Part shown: positions 36,776 to 46,736 of the stretch, in pieces
How the letters are laid out: every line of letters starts with the position of its first letter
Position numbering within the stretch: position 1 is the first letter of the stretch
Assembly (NCBI GenBank): GCA_040755855.1
Contig: JBFMAD010000003.1
Location: 160,001-224,000 of the forward strand
DNA from: Planctomycetota bacterium
GTDB lineage: Bacteria; Planctomycetota; Brocadiia; JAADGH01
Reading direction: 5' to 3'
DNA: 64,000 nt
Notes under the pieces: generated by a model
Told to the model about the DNA's origin: nothing
What the model saw: the letters and a program-made list of their open reading frames with translations, nothing else
Databases searched by the model: none
Program-made: the position numbers and the translations under genes

Positions 36776-37747
36776 GTGAATAGTCCGTTGAGAATCGGAT
36801 TTGTCGGATGTGGGGGGATCGCCGGGGCGCATATCGGAGGTTATCAGGCCAACGCCGGCGTGGAATTGGCGGCCGCCTGCGACATCAGTGAGAAAGCAGC
36901 AAGGAGTGTTGCGGAGAGGATCGGCGGCAGGGCATACACCGACTTTGAAGAGATGCTGGATAAGGAGAAATTGGACGCCGTCAGCCTCCTCACGCCTCCC
37001 GCCGTTCGGCTGCCGATGACGCAAATCATCTGTGAACACAAGGTTCACATCTTTTGCGAAAAGCCCCTGGCCGATTCTGTCGCCGTGGCCAGGAACATGG
37101 CAAAGGCGGCCGAGGAGAACGATGTCCTCCTGATGGTGGCCCAGTGCCACAAGTTCCATGAGCCGGTTCGCAGGACGCGCGCTCTTATCGAGGACGGCAC
37201 GCTCGGCAAGATTCGGATGATCCGGAACCGCTTCGGCTACAGCTGGACGAAGACCGACGATCAGGTGCGGGGCAGAGGGGGCGTCCTCCTTGACAACGGC
37301 GCGCACTCCTCTTATCTCGTTCGCTTTCTGGGCGGCGAACCCGTGGGGGTTATGGCCCGGGGCGACCGCGCCGACGACATCACCCTCCTCCGCGATGTGG
37401 CGGCTGTCTTGGAGACGGACGACGGCTGCATCAGCATTATCGAGCTCAACGGCACCGTGCCGAAGTCCAAGGGCGTCATCGAAGTCTACGGCACGGGGGG
37501 CATGGCGGTCATTGACTATGCCGGAGAATCAGCCTTCTTTCCGGGCGGCTCCAACGAGAAGGTCGTCCTCACCGATCCGGGCCTTCCCGGCAGCCACCGC
37601 TTTGATCGTGAGATCGGGCACTTCCTCGCATGCATCCGAGGCGACGAAACTCCGGTGATTGGCGCCGAAGAGGGCATCCGCGACCTTATGGTGATCGAGG
37701 CCATCTTCAAATCAATTCAGCAAGGCGTGAGGGTCGAGGTAGGCTGA
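36776..37747 (+). CDS. Gfo/Idh/MocA oxidoreductase
   Basis: IGFVGCGGIA, HIFCEKP, GGVLLDNGAH; GGAGG RBS before GTG. Confidence 0.93.
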   Translation: MNSPLRIGFVGCGGIAGAHIGGYQANAGVELAAACDISEKAARSVAERIGGRAYTDFEEMLDKEKLDAVSLLTPPAVRLPMTQIICEHKVHIFCEKPLADSVAVARNMAKAAEENDVLLMVAQCHKFHEPVRRTRALIEDGTLGKIRMIRNRFGYSWTKTDDQVRGRGGVLLDNGAHSSYLVRFLGGEPVGVMARGDRADDITLLRDVAAVLETDDGCISIIELNGTVPKSKGVIEVYGTGGMAVIDYAGESAFFPGGSNEKVVLTDPGLPGSHRFDREIGHFLACIRGDETPVIGAEEGIRDLMVIEAIFKSIQQGVRVEVG

Positions 37748-37768
37748 TCCGAGCCGAGAGGCGCCGCG

Positions 37769-40729
37769 TTATCGCTTGCCCGTCCCCTGGCAGCGCGTGC
37801 ACTGCACTTGTCCTTTTTCCTTGCATTTGGTGCAGGGGACCTGGATCTCCTGGGTGCCGTTGCATTTGACGCAGGTCTGTCGGCCGGTCCCCTTGCACGC
37901 ATGGCAGGCAGGTTTGCCTCGTCCATAGCATTTCGGACAGGGCTTTCCCCCTATGAGGCAGGCCCCGTTGCAGGTGGGGCATTTTCGTTTCGTCGGAACT
38001 TTGCCCGTGCCCCCGCAGGGCCGGCAATCCCACTTGCCCTGCATGCCGCAGAAAGGGCACCCCTTTCCCTTGCAGCGATCACAGGTTAGTTTCCCCCTGC
38101 CCTTGCACTCGTCGCAGCGCGCCGTAAGCTGAAGGCCGAGGCCGAGGCACTTATCGCATTTGGGCAGGAGGTGGGGATTTCGACATGCGTCGCACGGCAA
38201 AGTCAGCTTCCCGTCTCCCCCGCACGCGTCGCAGAGGATGAAACCCGTTCCGGCGCACTCCGTGCACATACCCTCGCATTCGCGCACGGTCTTTTCAAGG
38301 AGATCGGCAAGGGTGGCGTCAAATTTCTTTTTCTGGAGATCGGCGTCGCCGACGATCCTCGTATCGGCGAACTTCGACGTCAGTTTCCCCAGGAGCGTCA
38401 GCACCTCGAATGGCCTGCGGCCCTTCCACGCAGCGACAAGGTCAGCGAAGACCATCTCGGCGCGCATCTCGTTGATGTCTTTTGCCGCGATGGGTTCCAT
38501 AGACCCGATGTCGTCGGTGGGAAGTAATCGCCGGACATCCTTGCTCTCCCCCTCCAGGGGTTCGATTTCTACAGCCCCTTGCCGCTTCTCGCGCAGCTTG
38601 CCGTAGAGCACCTCACCCTTCTTCAACTTCACCACACGAAGATCGTTTGTCTCCGGCAGGGGAGACTTGGGCCCTTCCTCCTTTATGGACTGGATCGCGG
38701 TTTTCGACCGATCGAGAAAGTCGGTCAGCTTTGCCCGATGGCCTTCATACTCCGGCAACGCCAAATAGTATTCCGAGGCGGCAAGGGCCGCATAGGCGTT
38801 CTGCTTCGTCTGACACGTATCCAGGAGCCGATTCATCCGCGCCTGGCGGTCCTTCTCCGTGTCCATCTGGCCTTGAGCATTTTCGGCGAGGGAGACGGCG
38901 TCGGTCTTCAAGCCAAGGGATTGCGCCAGCTCCGCCGCCCGCCGGAATTCCTCGGACGCCCTCTGCCAGTCTTCCTTCGCGTAAGCGTCCTTCGCTATCG
39001 CATAGGTGTTATAATACAGTTTGATATTTTTAACTCGTTCGATCCGTTTGGCAATGTGATCGCGGGCGCGCGTCTCGGCAATCAGGCTCTTGTACGCCGC
39101 TTCCGCTTCGTCCCATTTCTCCTGCGCATCGAGATGAATCGCCTCGATCGTTCGAAGCGCGACGGCCAACCGCGCTCGCACGGCGTCGTCTTCGTGTAGG
39201 TCGAGGGAGGCGCGATATTGATCCACCGCCTCCTGCCAGCGCGCGGCCGCCTCTAATTTCTCGCCCTCCCTCGCCAGGCGCTCGGCCGACGAGACGCGCT
39301 GCTGTTTTTCCTCTTGCTGCTCCCGCAGGTGGGCGGTCTCTCGCCGCTTCAAGACGAAGGACCGGACGCCATAGGCCGTGCCGACCACCACGGCCGCTAT
39401 GGCGATCAAGAGGAACGCCTTCAGAAAGATCGCAAGGGTTGCTTCGGCCTGTTGGCGTCGCCGCCGCCGAGCGGCCTCCTTTTGCAGATCGGCGCCGATC
39501 TCCCGAACGGGCGTTGGCTGCGGCGCCGCCTCCACCTGAGCGCGGTGGCGTTTGATAACGTCGGCGATGATGGTCTCGGCCTTGCCGGGAGGTATGTTTA
39601 GGTTCTTTGCCTTCCCGCGAAGGTCCTGAATCACCTCCGTCTCGCCGCCGCCCGAAGCGAAGGCATAGCGCGCCATCGTCTGGAAGATGCTAAGGTTGTC
39701 CACCTCGATGCTAATTCCGACGTCGGTGCTCTCTTCGGCTTCCACCTCCAGAGCGGAAATTTCCGTGCTGCCGGCCAGAAAATTATCTAAGTCCTTGATG
39801 ATCTCATCGCACGTTGCGTAGCGCCGCTCCGGTTTCTTCCGGGTCATTTTGGCGATAATGCTGCAGACGGATTCAGGCACGTCGGGCACATACTTCAGCG
39901 GCGACGGCATCTCTTCATAGACGTGCTTGTGGAGCACCGCCGCAGGTGTGGGCGCGTCGAACGGCACATGACCGGTAAGCATCTCAAAGAAGCAGATGCC
40001 GAGGGAATAGATGTCGCTCCGTTCATCCACCGCTTTGCCCGCCACTTGTTCCGGCGACATATAAAGGGGCGTCCCCAGGACGAATCCGGCAACGGTCAGG
40101 TCCTTCTGGCCGTCCTGCACCTTGGCCAGGCCAAAGTCGGCCACCTTGACGGTGCCATCTCTCATCAGCATGAGGTTCTGCAACTTCACATCGCGGTGGA
40201 TAATGTGCTTCTTGTGGGCCGCAGCCAACCCGCGAGAGGCGTCGCGGACGATTCGCGCGGCATCGCGGACCCCGAACCGGCCCTTCTCGCTGAGCGCCTC
40301 CCGAACGGTGCCCCCGTCGGCGTACTGCATCTCGATGAATAGGTGCTCCTCCTCCTTGCCCGCATAGTAGATGGTGAGGACGTTCGAGTGATCCAGACTG
40401 GCGGCCGAACGGGCCTCCGCGAGGAAGCGCTCGCTGATGTCCATCGGCCCCATGGTGGCCTGATCGGAGAGGATTTTTAGGGCGACGGTCTTGTCAAGGC
40501 GAACGTTTCGCGCCCGATACACCGAGGCCATTGCCCCCTCTCCCACCTTTTCCTGGACCTCGTAGTGGGCAAATTCCTTCCCCACGAAGGGATCCGGCTT
40601 GTCTTCCTTGGGGAGAGAGGCGAAGCGGAGCTTCTTGCCGCAGTTGGGGCAACGGAACTTCTTGCTGAGCACCGACTCGGGAGCCCTCACCTTGGAGCCG
40701 CATCTTGTGCATCGGACGATGATCGCCAA
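37769..40729 (-). CDS. Hanks-type Ser/Thr kinase: Zn-ribbon, kinase, TM, TPR, Cys-rich CxxCxGxG array
   Basis: GEGAMA, ALK, HRDVK..N, DFG, GTPLYMSPE, DIYSLG; TM helix; 14 CxxC at the C-terminus. Confidence 0.92.
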   Translation of the reverse strand: MAIIVRCTRCGSKVRAPESVLSKKFRCPNCGKKLRFASLPKEDKPDPFVGKEFAHYEVQEKVGEGAMASVYRARNVRLDKTVALKILSDQATMGPMDISERFLAEARSAASLDHSNVLTIYYAGKEEEHLFIEMQYADGGTVREALSEKGRFGVRDAARIVRDASRGLAAAHKKHIIHRDVKLQNLMLMRDGTVKVADFGLAKVQDGQKDLTVAGFVLGTPLYMSPEQVAGKAVDERSDIYSLGICFFEMLTGHVPFDAPTPAAVLHKHVYEEMPSPLKYVPDVPESVCSIIAKMTRKKPERRYATCDEIIKDLDNFLAGSTEISALEVEAEESTDVGISIEVDNLSIFQTMARYAFASGGGETEVIQDLRGKAKNLNIPPGKAETIIADVIKRHRAQVEAAPQPTPVREIGADLQKEAARRRRRQQAEATLAIFLKAFLLIAIAAVVVGTAYGVRSFVLKRRETAHLREQQEEKQQRVSSAERLAREGEKLEAAARWQEAVDQYRASLDLHEDDAVRARLAVALRTIEAIHLDAQEKWDEAEAAYKSLIAETRARDHIAKRIERVKNIKLYYNTYAIAKDAYAKEDWQRASEEFRRAAELAQSLGLKTDAVSLAENAQGQMDTEKDRQARMNRLLDTCQTKQNAYAALAASEYYLALPEYEGHRAKLTDFLDRSKTAIQSIKEEGPKSPLPETNDLRVVKLKKGEVLYGKLREKRQGAVEIEPLEGESKDVRRLLPTDDIGSMEPIAAKDINEMRAEMVFADLVAAWKGRRPFEVLTLLGKLTSKFADTRIVGDADLQKKKFDATLADLLEKTVRECEGMCTECAGTGFILCDACGGDGKLTLPCDACRNPHLLPKCDKCLGLGLQLTARCDECKGRGKLTCDRCKGKGCPFCGMQGKWDCRPCGGTGKVPTKRKCPTCNGACLIGGKPCPKCYGRGKPACHACKGTGRQTCVKCNGTQEIQVPCTKCKEKGQVQCTRCQGTGKR

Positions 40730-40777
40730 GGAAATCCGTTCTCACGAAAGCCCGGAAGTTCTACCTGCGCCGCTTAT

Positions 40778-40806
40778 ATTGTCGGCGTTTTTTGCTCCGA
40801 TGTCAA
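40778..40806 (-). promoter_or_regulatory. Possible sigma70 promoter of the kinase
   Basis: Minus strand TTGACA-N17-GACAAT. Confidence 0.55.
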
Positions 40807-40827
40807 GGGAAAGCTATTCCGTGCGAT

Positions 40828-41358
40828 TCAGCGCCGGCCGAATTTCTCCGCGAAAATAATTTCCGACATCGGCTTCCGGTTCGAGACGGGACGAAACGCC
40901 TTGTCCGACTTCGGGTAGCCGAGGGGCGTCAGCACGACGATGTCATAGCCAGCCGGTACTTCCAGTATCTCCTTCAACTGAGGATGGTCGAACGCGCCGA
41001 TCCAGCACGTGCCCAGCCCTTCGTTCCGCGCCGCGAGAGTGAGGTGGTCGAAGGAGATCGTGCAGTCCACCAGGAACATGTTGTCGGCGATCCAACTGTA
41101 GCTATCGTGGTAATTCTTCCCACAGCATACGATCACCACCGGCGCCTCCGCGATGAAGGCCTGATTGAACGCCACATCGGCGATCTTCTTCCGCGTTGCA
41201 TCATCCCTCGCCACGATGTACCGCCAGGGCTGGACATTGTTCGCCGACGGGGCTGACTGGGCGGCAGTCAGAATCCTCTTGAGTACGTCATCCGGAACCG
41301 GATCGCTCCGGTAGGAGCGAACGCTGCGGCGTGTGCTTACCACTTCGTCGAAGTCCAT
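40828..41358 (-). CDS. Nitroreductase family protein
   Basis: RRSVRSY, APSANNVQPW, GLGTCWIG, LGYP. Confidence 0.95.
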   Translation of the reverse strand: MDFDEVVSTRRSVRSYRSDPVPDDVLKRILTAAQSAPSANNVQPWRYIVARDDATRKKIADVAFNQAFIAEAPVVIVCCGKNYHDSYSWIADNMFLVDCTISFDHLTLAARNEGLGTCWIGAFDHPQLKEILEVPAGYDIVVLTPLGYPKSDKAFRPVSNRKPMSEIIFAEKFGRR

Positions 41359-41360
41359 GG

Positions 41361-44072
41361 CTACCTCCTTCCCGATGTTCGCGAGAATCGAATCACCTTC
41401 GCCTCCTGGGAGGCGAGCGTCATCTTGACGCCGGCCAAGTCCGCCGCCGGCGTGATCGCTCCACGGAGAGGCGATGCCTTCATTCCGTCGAGGATCACTT
41501 CTTCCACCCGATAGTCCCCGCGCGGCAGATCGAGGCCGACCGTGAACTCGGCGGGGGCGTTGTCCCAGTTGATGAGGAACAGGCTCACATCGCCGCGACT
41601 GTTTGTCCGGGCCACTGCCTCGATGTCCTGCTCCGGTTTCTTGTTCAGGCGCAACAACCGCTTGCCGCCGAGGGCATGGTCCAGCACGGACGTCATCACC
41701 TCCACATGTCCCGGATCGAGCGGCGCAAGGGGAACCTTGGCCGTCGGGCCTTTATGGACCTCCACCGGCTGCTTCGGGATGCGGATGCCGAATTCGCCGC
41801 CGAGGAAGATCACATCCCCCTTGCCGACCTTGTTTAGGACGATGCCGCCCTTGCCGTTAGCGCCTGAGGCGATGAGCCTCGCTCCGGATTTCAGGGCAAG
41901 GTCCGAGTAGATGGCGAACTTACCGTCAATCTTCTTGCCCTTCAAGACGGGACTTTCCGCGTCGAAGGCGAGGGCCGACTCGGCCTCAGCTGTCGGCGCA
42001 CGCTCCAGCCCAATCAGGTCGAGCAGCAGGGGCCGTTCGTAATGTTCACCGAGTTCATCCACCGTGCCGAACTCGGAAACGATAACGACACTCTTACCAT
42101 CGCTCGCCAGGCGCTTGAGGAGATCGGCCTGTTTCTTTGAGATGGAGAAGGGGAAGGGGACGAGGATGGCGCGGAAGTCCCTCAACTCGTCGTAGCTCAC
42201 CTGCTCCAAGGGATAGAACTCAAAGGAGTAGGCATTCCGGAAGAGGAGATACATCACCTCCTTTTGGGCGATGAACGGGTAGCGCTCGTCCGTATCCTCG
42301 TGGATCAGAAAGGGCGGCTTCTCGCCGCGCGTGTAGATCTGGTAGATGTCGTCGCTCGTGCGCGAGTAGAGGAACGCTATCTCTCGCGGCTTGTGGCTCC
42401 CGCGCAGCCAGGGATCAATCTCCTTCATCATCCGGAACGCCTGCCGGACCATGCTCTCGTTGCGCTTCGGGTCGGGGATCAGGTTGTACTTCATGATGCA
42501 ATTGATGTGGAAATAGAACGCCTCCCCTGCGCCATGTGCGACGGACGTGAGCGGCGGGCCGTAGATCTCCACATCATCCAGCAGACGATGCTCCTTTCGC
42601 AGACGGGAAATCTCCAGGACTACCCCCCCGCCCCGTTTCTTGCTCGACCCCACCAGATGATTCGCCGTCTCGGTCACGTAGTAGTGTGTGCTGTCGCCCT
42701 TGTAATTGTGGAGGAGAATGTAGGGATCGGTCGTCAGCATGTCAATGCCGGAGTGATACCCGATCATGTCCCACGCCACGCCGGAGTGGTATCGCCGGTC
42801 CGAGCAGATGGGGCTGACGCAGATAAGCGAGTCGGTGCGGATGCCGGGGTTCGACGCCTTCGCCGCCTCGACGGATTTCTTGATCCAGTCGAAGGTGGAA
42901 TCGTATCGGAACTGGAGGTACTGCCGCATCTCCATCTCGTGCGTCTTGAAGTTCGGGGAGAAGGGCGGCGGGCCGCCGTACTTCTCGGAGAAGAGCGTCT
43001 GGCACTTCCCGCAGGTGCAATAGGGGTCCAACTTCTTGTAGAACTCGGCCAGCTCGGCGTCGGAGGATTTCTCGTATCGCTCTTTTGCATAATGCGCGGC
43101 ATAGTTGTATTCGTCCGGGACCATACCGATTGCGTCAATCGGATATTTCGAAATGGCGGCGATTGTCTTGATCCATTCCTCGCCGAAGCGATTATTCACG
43201 CAGTAATAGAAGGGAAACTCGGGATCGTTGGTGGACTTCAGCGCCGGGAAACGCGGGCCGATGGTCACCCAGACGCCGAGGCCGTGCTTGTGCGCGTCGT
43301 CCACGAAATGAGCGAAGGGATCGGGCAGGCCCTCGGCGGGCGGCTCGAAGGGGTTCTTCCACAGATGGGACGTGGCGCCGACATAGATATGAATCGCATT
43401 TGCGTTCATGTCTTTCGCCTTTGCGAATACCTCGTGGCGCTTCGTCAGGTCCAGATTGTCCGCCGCTTCGAAGTCGCCGTCGCGGACCATGTTCGGCCCC
43501 GGCGCGCCGTCGGGCTTGCGTTCGCAGACCTTGATGTCGTCGAACCACACCACGCCGGTGTGCTTCCGAAGAAAGACATTCACACTGGCCTCGGCGAGGG
43601 GCTTTTCCGGCTTGACCACCGTCTCGCCGTACTGCCAGTCGTGCGTGCCTGGCTCGAACTGGACGGTCTGCATAAAGAGGGATTTGCCGTCGGCATACTT
43701 GAGGTCGAGGTAGATGGAATATCCCCAATCCTTCTGCCCGGCGACGTTCTCCGCCTTGCTCCATCCGGAGATGACGATCTCACGCGGTTCCTTCTGATCG
43801 AAGGTGATCGTCTGCCGCGCGCCGGTTTCCTGGCCTTCCTGCGATACGTCGCAGCGCAGGCTCGTGCGCCCGCCGTGCTTCACCGTGGAATCTGTGGCGC
43901 AGCCCGGTCCCCAACGGTTCCATACATCGCAGGCGATAATGTCGCTGCCGACGTAGAGCCCGCGCACCAGCTCCCGGCCGCCGGCCGACTCCTCCGGCGC
44001 CTGTTTGATCCTGCACGATTGCACGGCAAAACACATTGCAAGCAAAGCGAATCCGACTTGCCAGCGTTCCAT
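41361..44072 (-). CDS. Exported GH42-like protein with inserted CBM4/9-like module and trimerisation-like domain
   Basis: Lipobox-like VQSC; GTHDWQ...VWFDD CBM; DE, CTCGKC cluster and TDPY; C-terminal class-I GATase-like and beta domains. Confidence 0.6.
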   Translation of the reverse strand: MERWQVGFALLAMCFAVQSCRIKQAPEESAGGRELVRGLYVGSDIIACDVWNRWGPGCATDSTVKHGGRTSLRCDVSQEGQETGARQTITFDQKEPREIVISGWSKAENVAGQKDWGYSIYLDLKYADGKSLFMQTVQFEPGTHDWQYGETVVKPEKPLAEASVNVFLRKHTGVVWFDDIKVCERKPDGAPGPNMVRDGDFEAADNLDLTKRHEVFAKAKDMNANAIHIYVGATSHLWKNPFEPPAEGLPDPFAHFVDDAHKHGLGVWVTIGPRFPALKSTNDPEFPFYYCVNNRFGEEWIKTIAAISKYPIDAIGMVPDEYNYAAHYAKERYEKSSDAELAEFYKKLDPYCTCGKCQTLFSEKYGGPPPFSPNFKTHEMEMRQYLQFRYDSTFDWIKKSVEAAKASNPGIRTDSLICVSPICSDRRYHSGVAWDMIGYHSGIDMLTTDPYILLHNYKGDSTHYYVTETANHLVGSSKKRGGGVVLEISRLRKEHRLLDDVEIYGPPLTSVAHGAGEAFYFHINCIMKYNLIPDPKRNESMVRQAFRMMKEIDPWLRGSHKPREIAFLYSRTSDDIYQIYTRGEKPPFLIHEDTDERYPFIAQKEVMYLLFRNAYSFEFYPLEQVSYDELRDFRAILVPFPFSISKKQADLLKRLASDGKSVVIVSEFGTVDELGEHYERPLLLDLIGLERAPTAEAESALAFDAESPVLKGKKIDGKFAIYSDLALKSGARLIASGANGKGGIVLNKVGKGDVIFLGGEFGIRIPKQPVEVHKGPTAKVPLAPLDPGHVEVMTSVLDHALGGKRLLRLNKKPEQDIEAVARTNSRGDVSLFLINWDNAPAEFTVGLDLPRGDYRVEEVILDGMKASPLRGAITPAADLAGVKMTLASQEAKVIRFSRTSGRR

Positions 44073-44122
44073 GATTTCCTCCGTCCGACCGCAAGAACAA
44101 AACCATTAAAGACCATCTACGC

Positions 44123-44151
44123 AATATAGGGGCTCCCATATGCCCCGTCAA
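44123..44151 (-). promoter_or_regulatory. Possible sigma70 promoter
   Basis: Minus strand TTGACG-N17-TATATT. Confidence 0.55.
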
Positions 44152-44269
44152 GTAAGAAAGGATGCGTAACCCCGATTTTCCGAGAAAATTCTATCGTTCA
44201 TGGGGCAGAGCCATTATGATAGTATGGCCGTTTAAGAACCTGAGCAGGACTCTACAGTAGGAGCGGACA

Positions 44270-44527
44270 ATGATGCAATCGGGTTTGCCCGACCAGACGG
44301 ACATCTTCAAGCGAGGGGAGAACGGCTACCACACCTACCGCATCCCCGCCCTGTGCGTCACGAAGAAGGGGACCTTTCCCGGTCCGGCAGCCTACTCGGA
44401 CCTGTGCGTCGCCGCCGACAGCGCAATCGGCTGCTTGTATGAACGTGGCGCGGAGAACGCCTACGAGGGGATCGCCTTCGCGCGATGCTCCCTCGACTGG
44501 CTCACCGAAGAAGAGGACGAGAAGTAA
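44270..44527 (+). pseudogene. Internally deleted GH33 sialidase remnant (85 aa, in frame)
   Basis: N-terminal GYHTYRIPAL...KGT joined directly to C-terminal PGPAAYSDL...GCLYERG...I.FAR.SL.WL; no Asp-boxes. Confidence 0.8.
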
Positions 44528-44531
44528 AGCG

Positions 44532-45236
44532 ATGCTTCCGAAAGGAATTCTGTTCGATCTGGATGACACGATCCTCGCCTTCGGCGCAGCAGGCGATGAG
44601 ACATGGCGCAGCCTCTGCAACGAATACGCCGGCCGATGCGCCCTGGATGCCAAGCAACTGCTCGACGCGTTCCGAGAGGTAGCCGATTGGTACTGGTCCG
44701 ACGAGGAGCGACATCGCCATGGCCGACTGAACCTGAACGCGACGCGGCGGAGGATCGTGCGCCTGGCCTTCGAGAAGCTGGGGATTGCAAACCCCGCCCT
44801 GGCAGACGAAATCGCCGACGCCTTCTCGGTGAGGCGGGTGGAGGCCATCCGCTTCTTCCCCAGAGCGGAAGAAACGCTTAGACGCTTGCTGGAACACGGT
44901 GTGGCAATGGCACTTATGACAAACGGGGAAGCGATCACCCAGCGGGCGAAAGTCGAACGCTTCGGCTTGGTGCGGTTCTTCAAGACCATCCTGATCGAGG
45001 GCGAGCTCGGTTTCGGCAAGCCGCACCCGGACGTTTACCGCCGCGCGCTGGATGATCTTGGGCTTGACCCGCGCGACGTCTGGTCGGTGGGCGACAACCT
45101 CCGGTGGGATGTGGCCGGCCCGCAGGCCCTCGGCGTTTTCGGCATCTGGCACGACTGGCGCGGGGAGGGCCTCCCTCCCGATACGGATATTCGCCCGGAT
45201 CGCACGATTCGAAGCATTGCCGAGTTGATCGGATAG
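44532..45236 (+). CDS. HAD-superfamily hydrolase (subfamily IA)
   Basis: ILFDLDDT, TNG, GKP, VGDNLRWD. Confidence 0.93.
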   Translation: MLPKGILFDLDDTILAFGAAGDETWRSLCNEYAGRCALDAKQLLDAFREVADWYWSDEERHRHGRLNLNATRRRIVRLAFEKLGIANPALADEIADAFSVRRVEAIRFFPRAEETLRRLLEHGVAMALMTNGEAITQRAKVERFGLVRFFKTILIEGELGFGKPHPDVYRRALDDLGLDPRDVWSVGDNLRWDVAGPQALGVFGIWHDWRGEGLPPDTDIRPDRTIRSIAELIG

Positions 45237-45258
45237 ATTCGCGGAGGAGGGTAGAGCC

Positions 45259-45948
45259 ATGCGAAGGATAATTCACTGGATTCTGGTAACTGTAGTTCTT
45301 GCGGCGGGGACTCAATACGCCTTCGCCCAGCCACGGGGCCGAGGGCCCCGCCCGCCGACCGAGAACAAGCCCATTGTTCCGAAGGACGATACGGAGAAGA
45401 AAATCCTCTCCGTCCTCCAGGACATGCGCGAGAACCAGAGCAAAGGCATGATGAATATCTCGCCCGACGACGGGCGACTGCTTCGTCTGCTGGCGGAGGC
45501 AGTGAACGCGAAGCACGTCGTCGAGATCGGCACGTCGAACGGCTACTCGACGATCTGGTTCTGTCTGGCCCTGCTAAAGACAGGCGGAAAAATCACCACC
45601 AACGAGATTGACGAGGGGCGCGCCAAGCTGGCTCAGGAGAACTTCAAGCGCGCGGGCGTCGAGGAACTCGTCACCATCGTCATGGGCGACGCGCACGAGA
45701 CGATCAAGAAGCTGGAGGGCCCTCTTGACATACTTTTCCTCGATGCCGATAAGCAAGGCTACATGGACTACCTCAACAAACTTCTCCCCCTCGTGCGTCC
45801 GGGCGGGCTGGTCCTGGCCCACAACGTCGTCTCCCACGGCGGCGCGATGCAGGACTACCTCAATGCCATCACGACCAACCCCGACCTGGAGACGCTCTTC
45901 CTGCTCAGGGAAGGCGCCGGCGTGAGCGTGACGCTGAAGAAGCGGTGA
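45259..45948 (+). CDS. O-methyltransferase (Methyltransf_3-like) with signal peptide
   Basis: EIGTSNGYS, GDA, FLDADK, RPGG; N-terminal Sec-type signal ending AFA. Confidence 0.9.
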   Translation: MRRIIHWILVTVVLAAGTQYAFAQPRGRGPRPPTENKPIVPKDDTEKKILSVLQDMRENQSKGMMNISPDDGRLLRLLAEAVNAKHVVEIGTSNGYSTIWFCLALLKTGGKITTNEIDEGRAKLAQENFKRAGVEELVTIVMGDAHETIKKLEGPLDILFLDADKQGYMDYLNKLLPLVRPGGLVLAHNVVSHGGAMQDYLNAITTNPDLETLFLLREGAGVSVTLKKR

Positions 45949-45978
45949 AGTTTCACAGAACGCAGAAAGGCTCTGCCA

Positions 45979-46665
45979 ATGAACGAAAAAGACCGCGACG
46001 AAATGCCCTGGACCGAGAAACAGTGGGAGCGCTTCCTGCGGCGCAGCGAGGTCCGCTCGGCGAAGTTTCAGGAACTGTTCGAGACGCTCCGCGATCACCC
46101 CGACCAGGAGGAGATCATCAGCCATGAGATGGGCTGGGACGACCCGCCCGAGCGGGACGACGACTTCCCCGACTTCGACCCGAACGAGATGATCGTGGAG
46201 CCTACCGAGGAGGAGATGCAGGAGTACATGGAACGGCATGACCGGGATCTCCATGCGATCTCTGCCTACGAACGCGCCTTCGCTTACACGCTGAGCGTCC
46301 ACAACGCCCTCAAGGACTTCTTTAGGGAGGACAACAGCGACGCCGACGAGGCCCTTGCCGAGGCCATCGGCCAGAGCGGGATCATCGGCGCCAAGATTGC
46401 GGGCGGGCACGGCATGGGCTACGAGGACGATGTGCTCTGTGGAAACATCTGTTGCTGCAAGCGCAGTCTGGAAGCGGCGGACCGATGCCTCGGAGAACTC
46501 GAACGGGCCAAGGCATTGGGCGCCGCGCCGCGCGAGGTCATCGAACCCCTCATCACCGAGGGCCGCGAGGTGCGCCGCCTTGTGGCGGAATGGATTACTG
46601 AACTGCGGGGGCGCGTGTGGTGGGACTCGCAGGAGCGGGGAAAGGGGACTGGCGAAAAAACTTGA
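45979..46665 (+). CDS. Hypothetical acidic helical protein, possible four-helix-bundle C-terminal domain
   Basis: Good codon pattern; acidic N-terminus; AKIAGG...KRSL helical region. Confidence 0.7.
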   Translation: MNEKDRDEMPWTEKQWERFLRRSEVRSAKFQELFETLRDHPDQEEIISHEMGWDDPPERDDDFPDFDPNEMIVEPTEEEMQEYMERHDRDLHAISAYERAFAYTLSVHNALKDFFREDNSDADEALAEAIGQSGIIGAKIAGGHGMGYEDDVLCGNICCCKRSLEAADRCLGELERAKALGAAPREVIEPLITEGREVRRLVAEWITELRGRVWWDSQERGKGTGEKT

Positions 46666-46689
46666 CAAGGCCGAGAGAGCGCGTATAAT
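46662..46689 (+). promoter_or_regulatory. Consensus sigma70 promoter
   Basis: TTGACA-N16-TATAAT upstream of the prepilin. Confidence 0.7.
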
Positions 46690-46736
46690 GAAAAAGGAGG
46701 TGGTATGTCCCCGACTCGGTCAGAAGGAGGGTTCCC

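Noticed and set aside
45979..46665. Diversity-generating retroelement (Avd-like gene)
   Set aside because: No reverse transcriptase and no template/variable repeat pair seen in the window.
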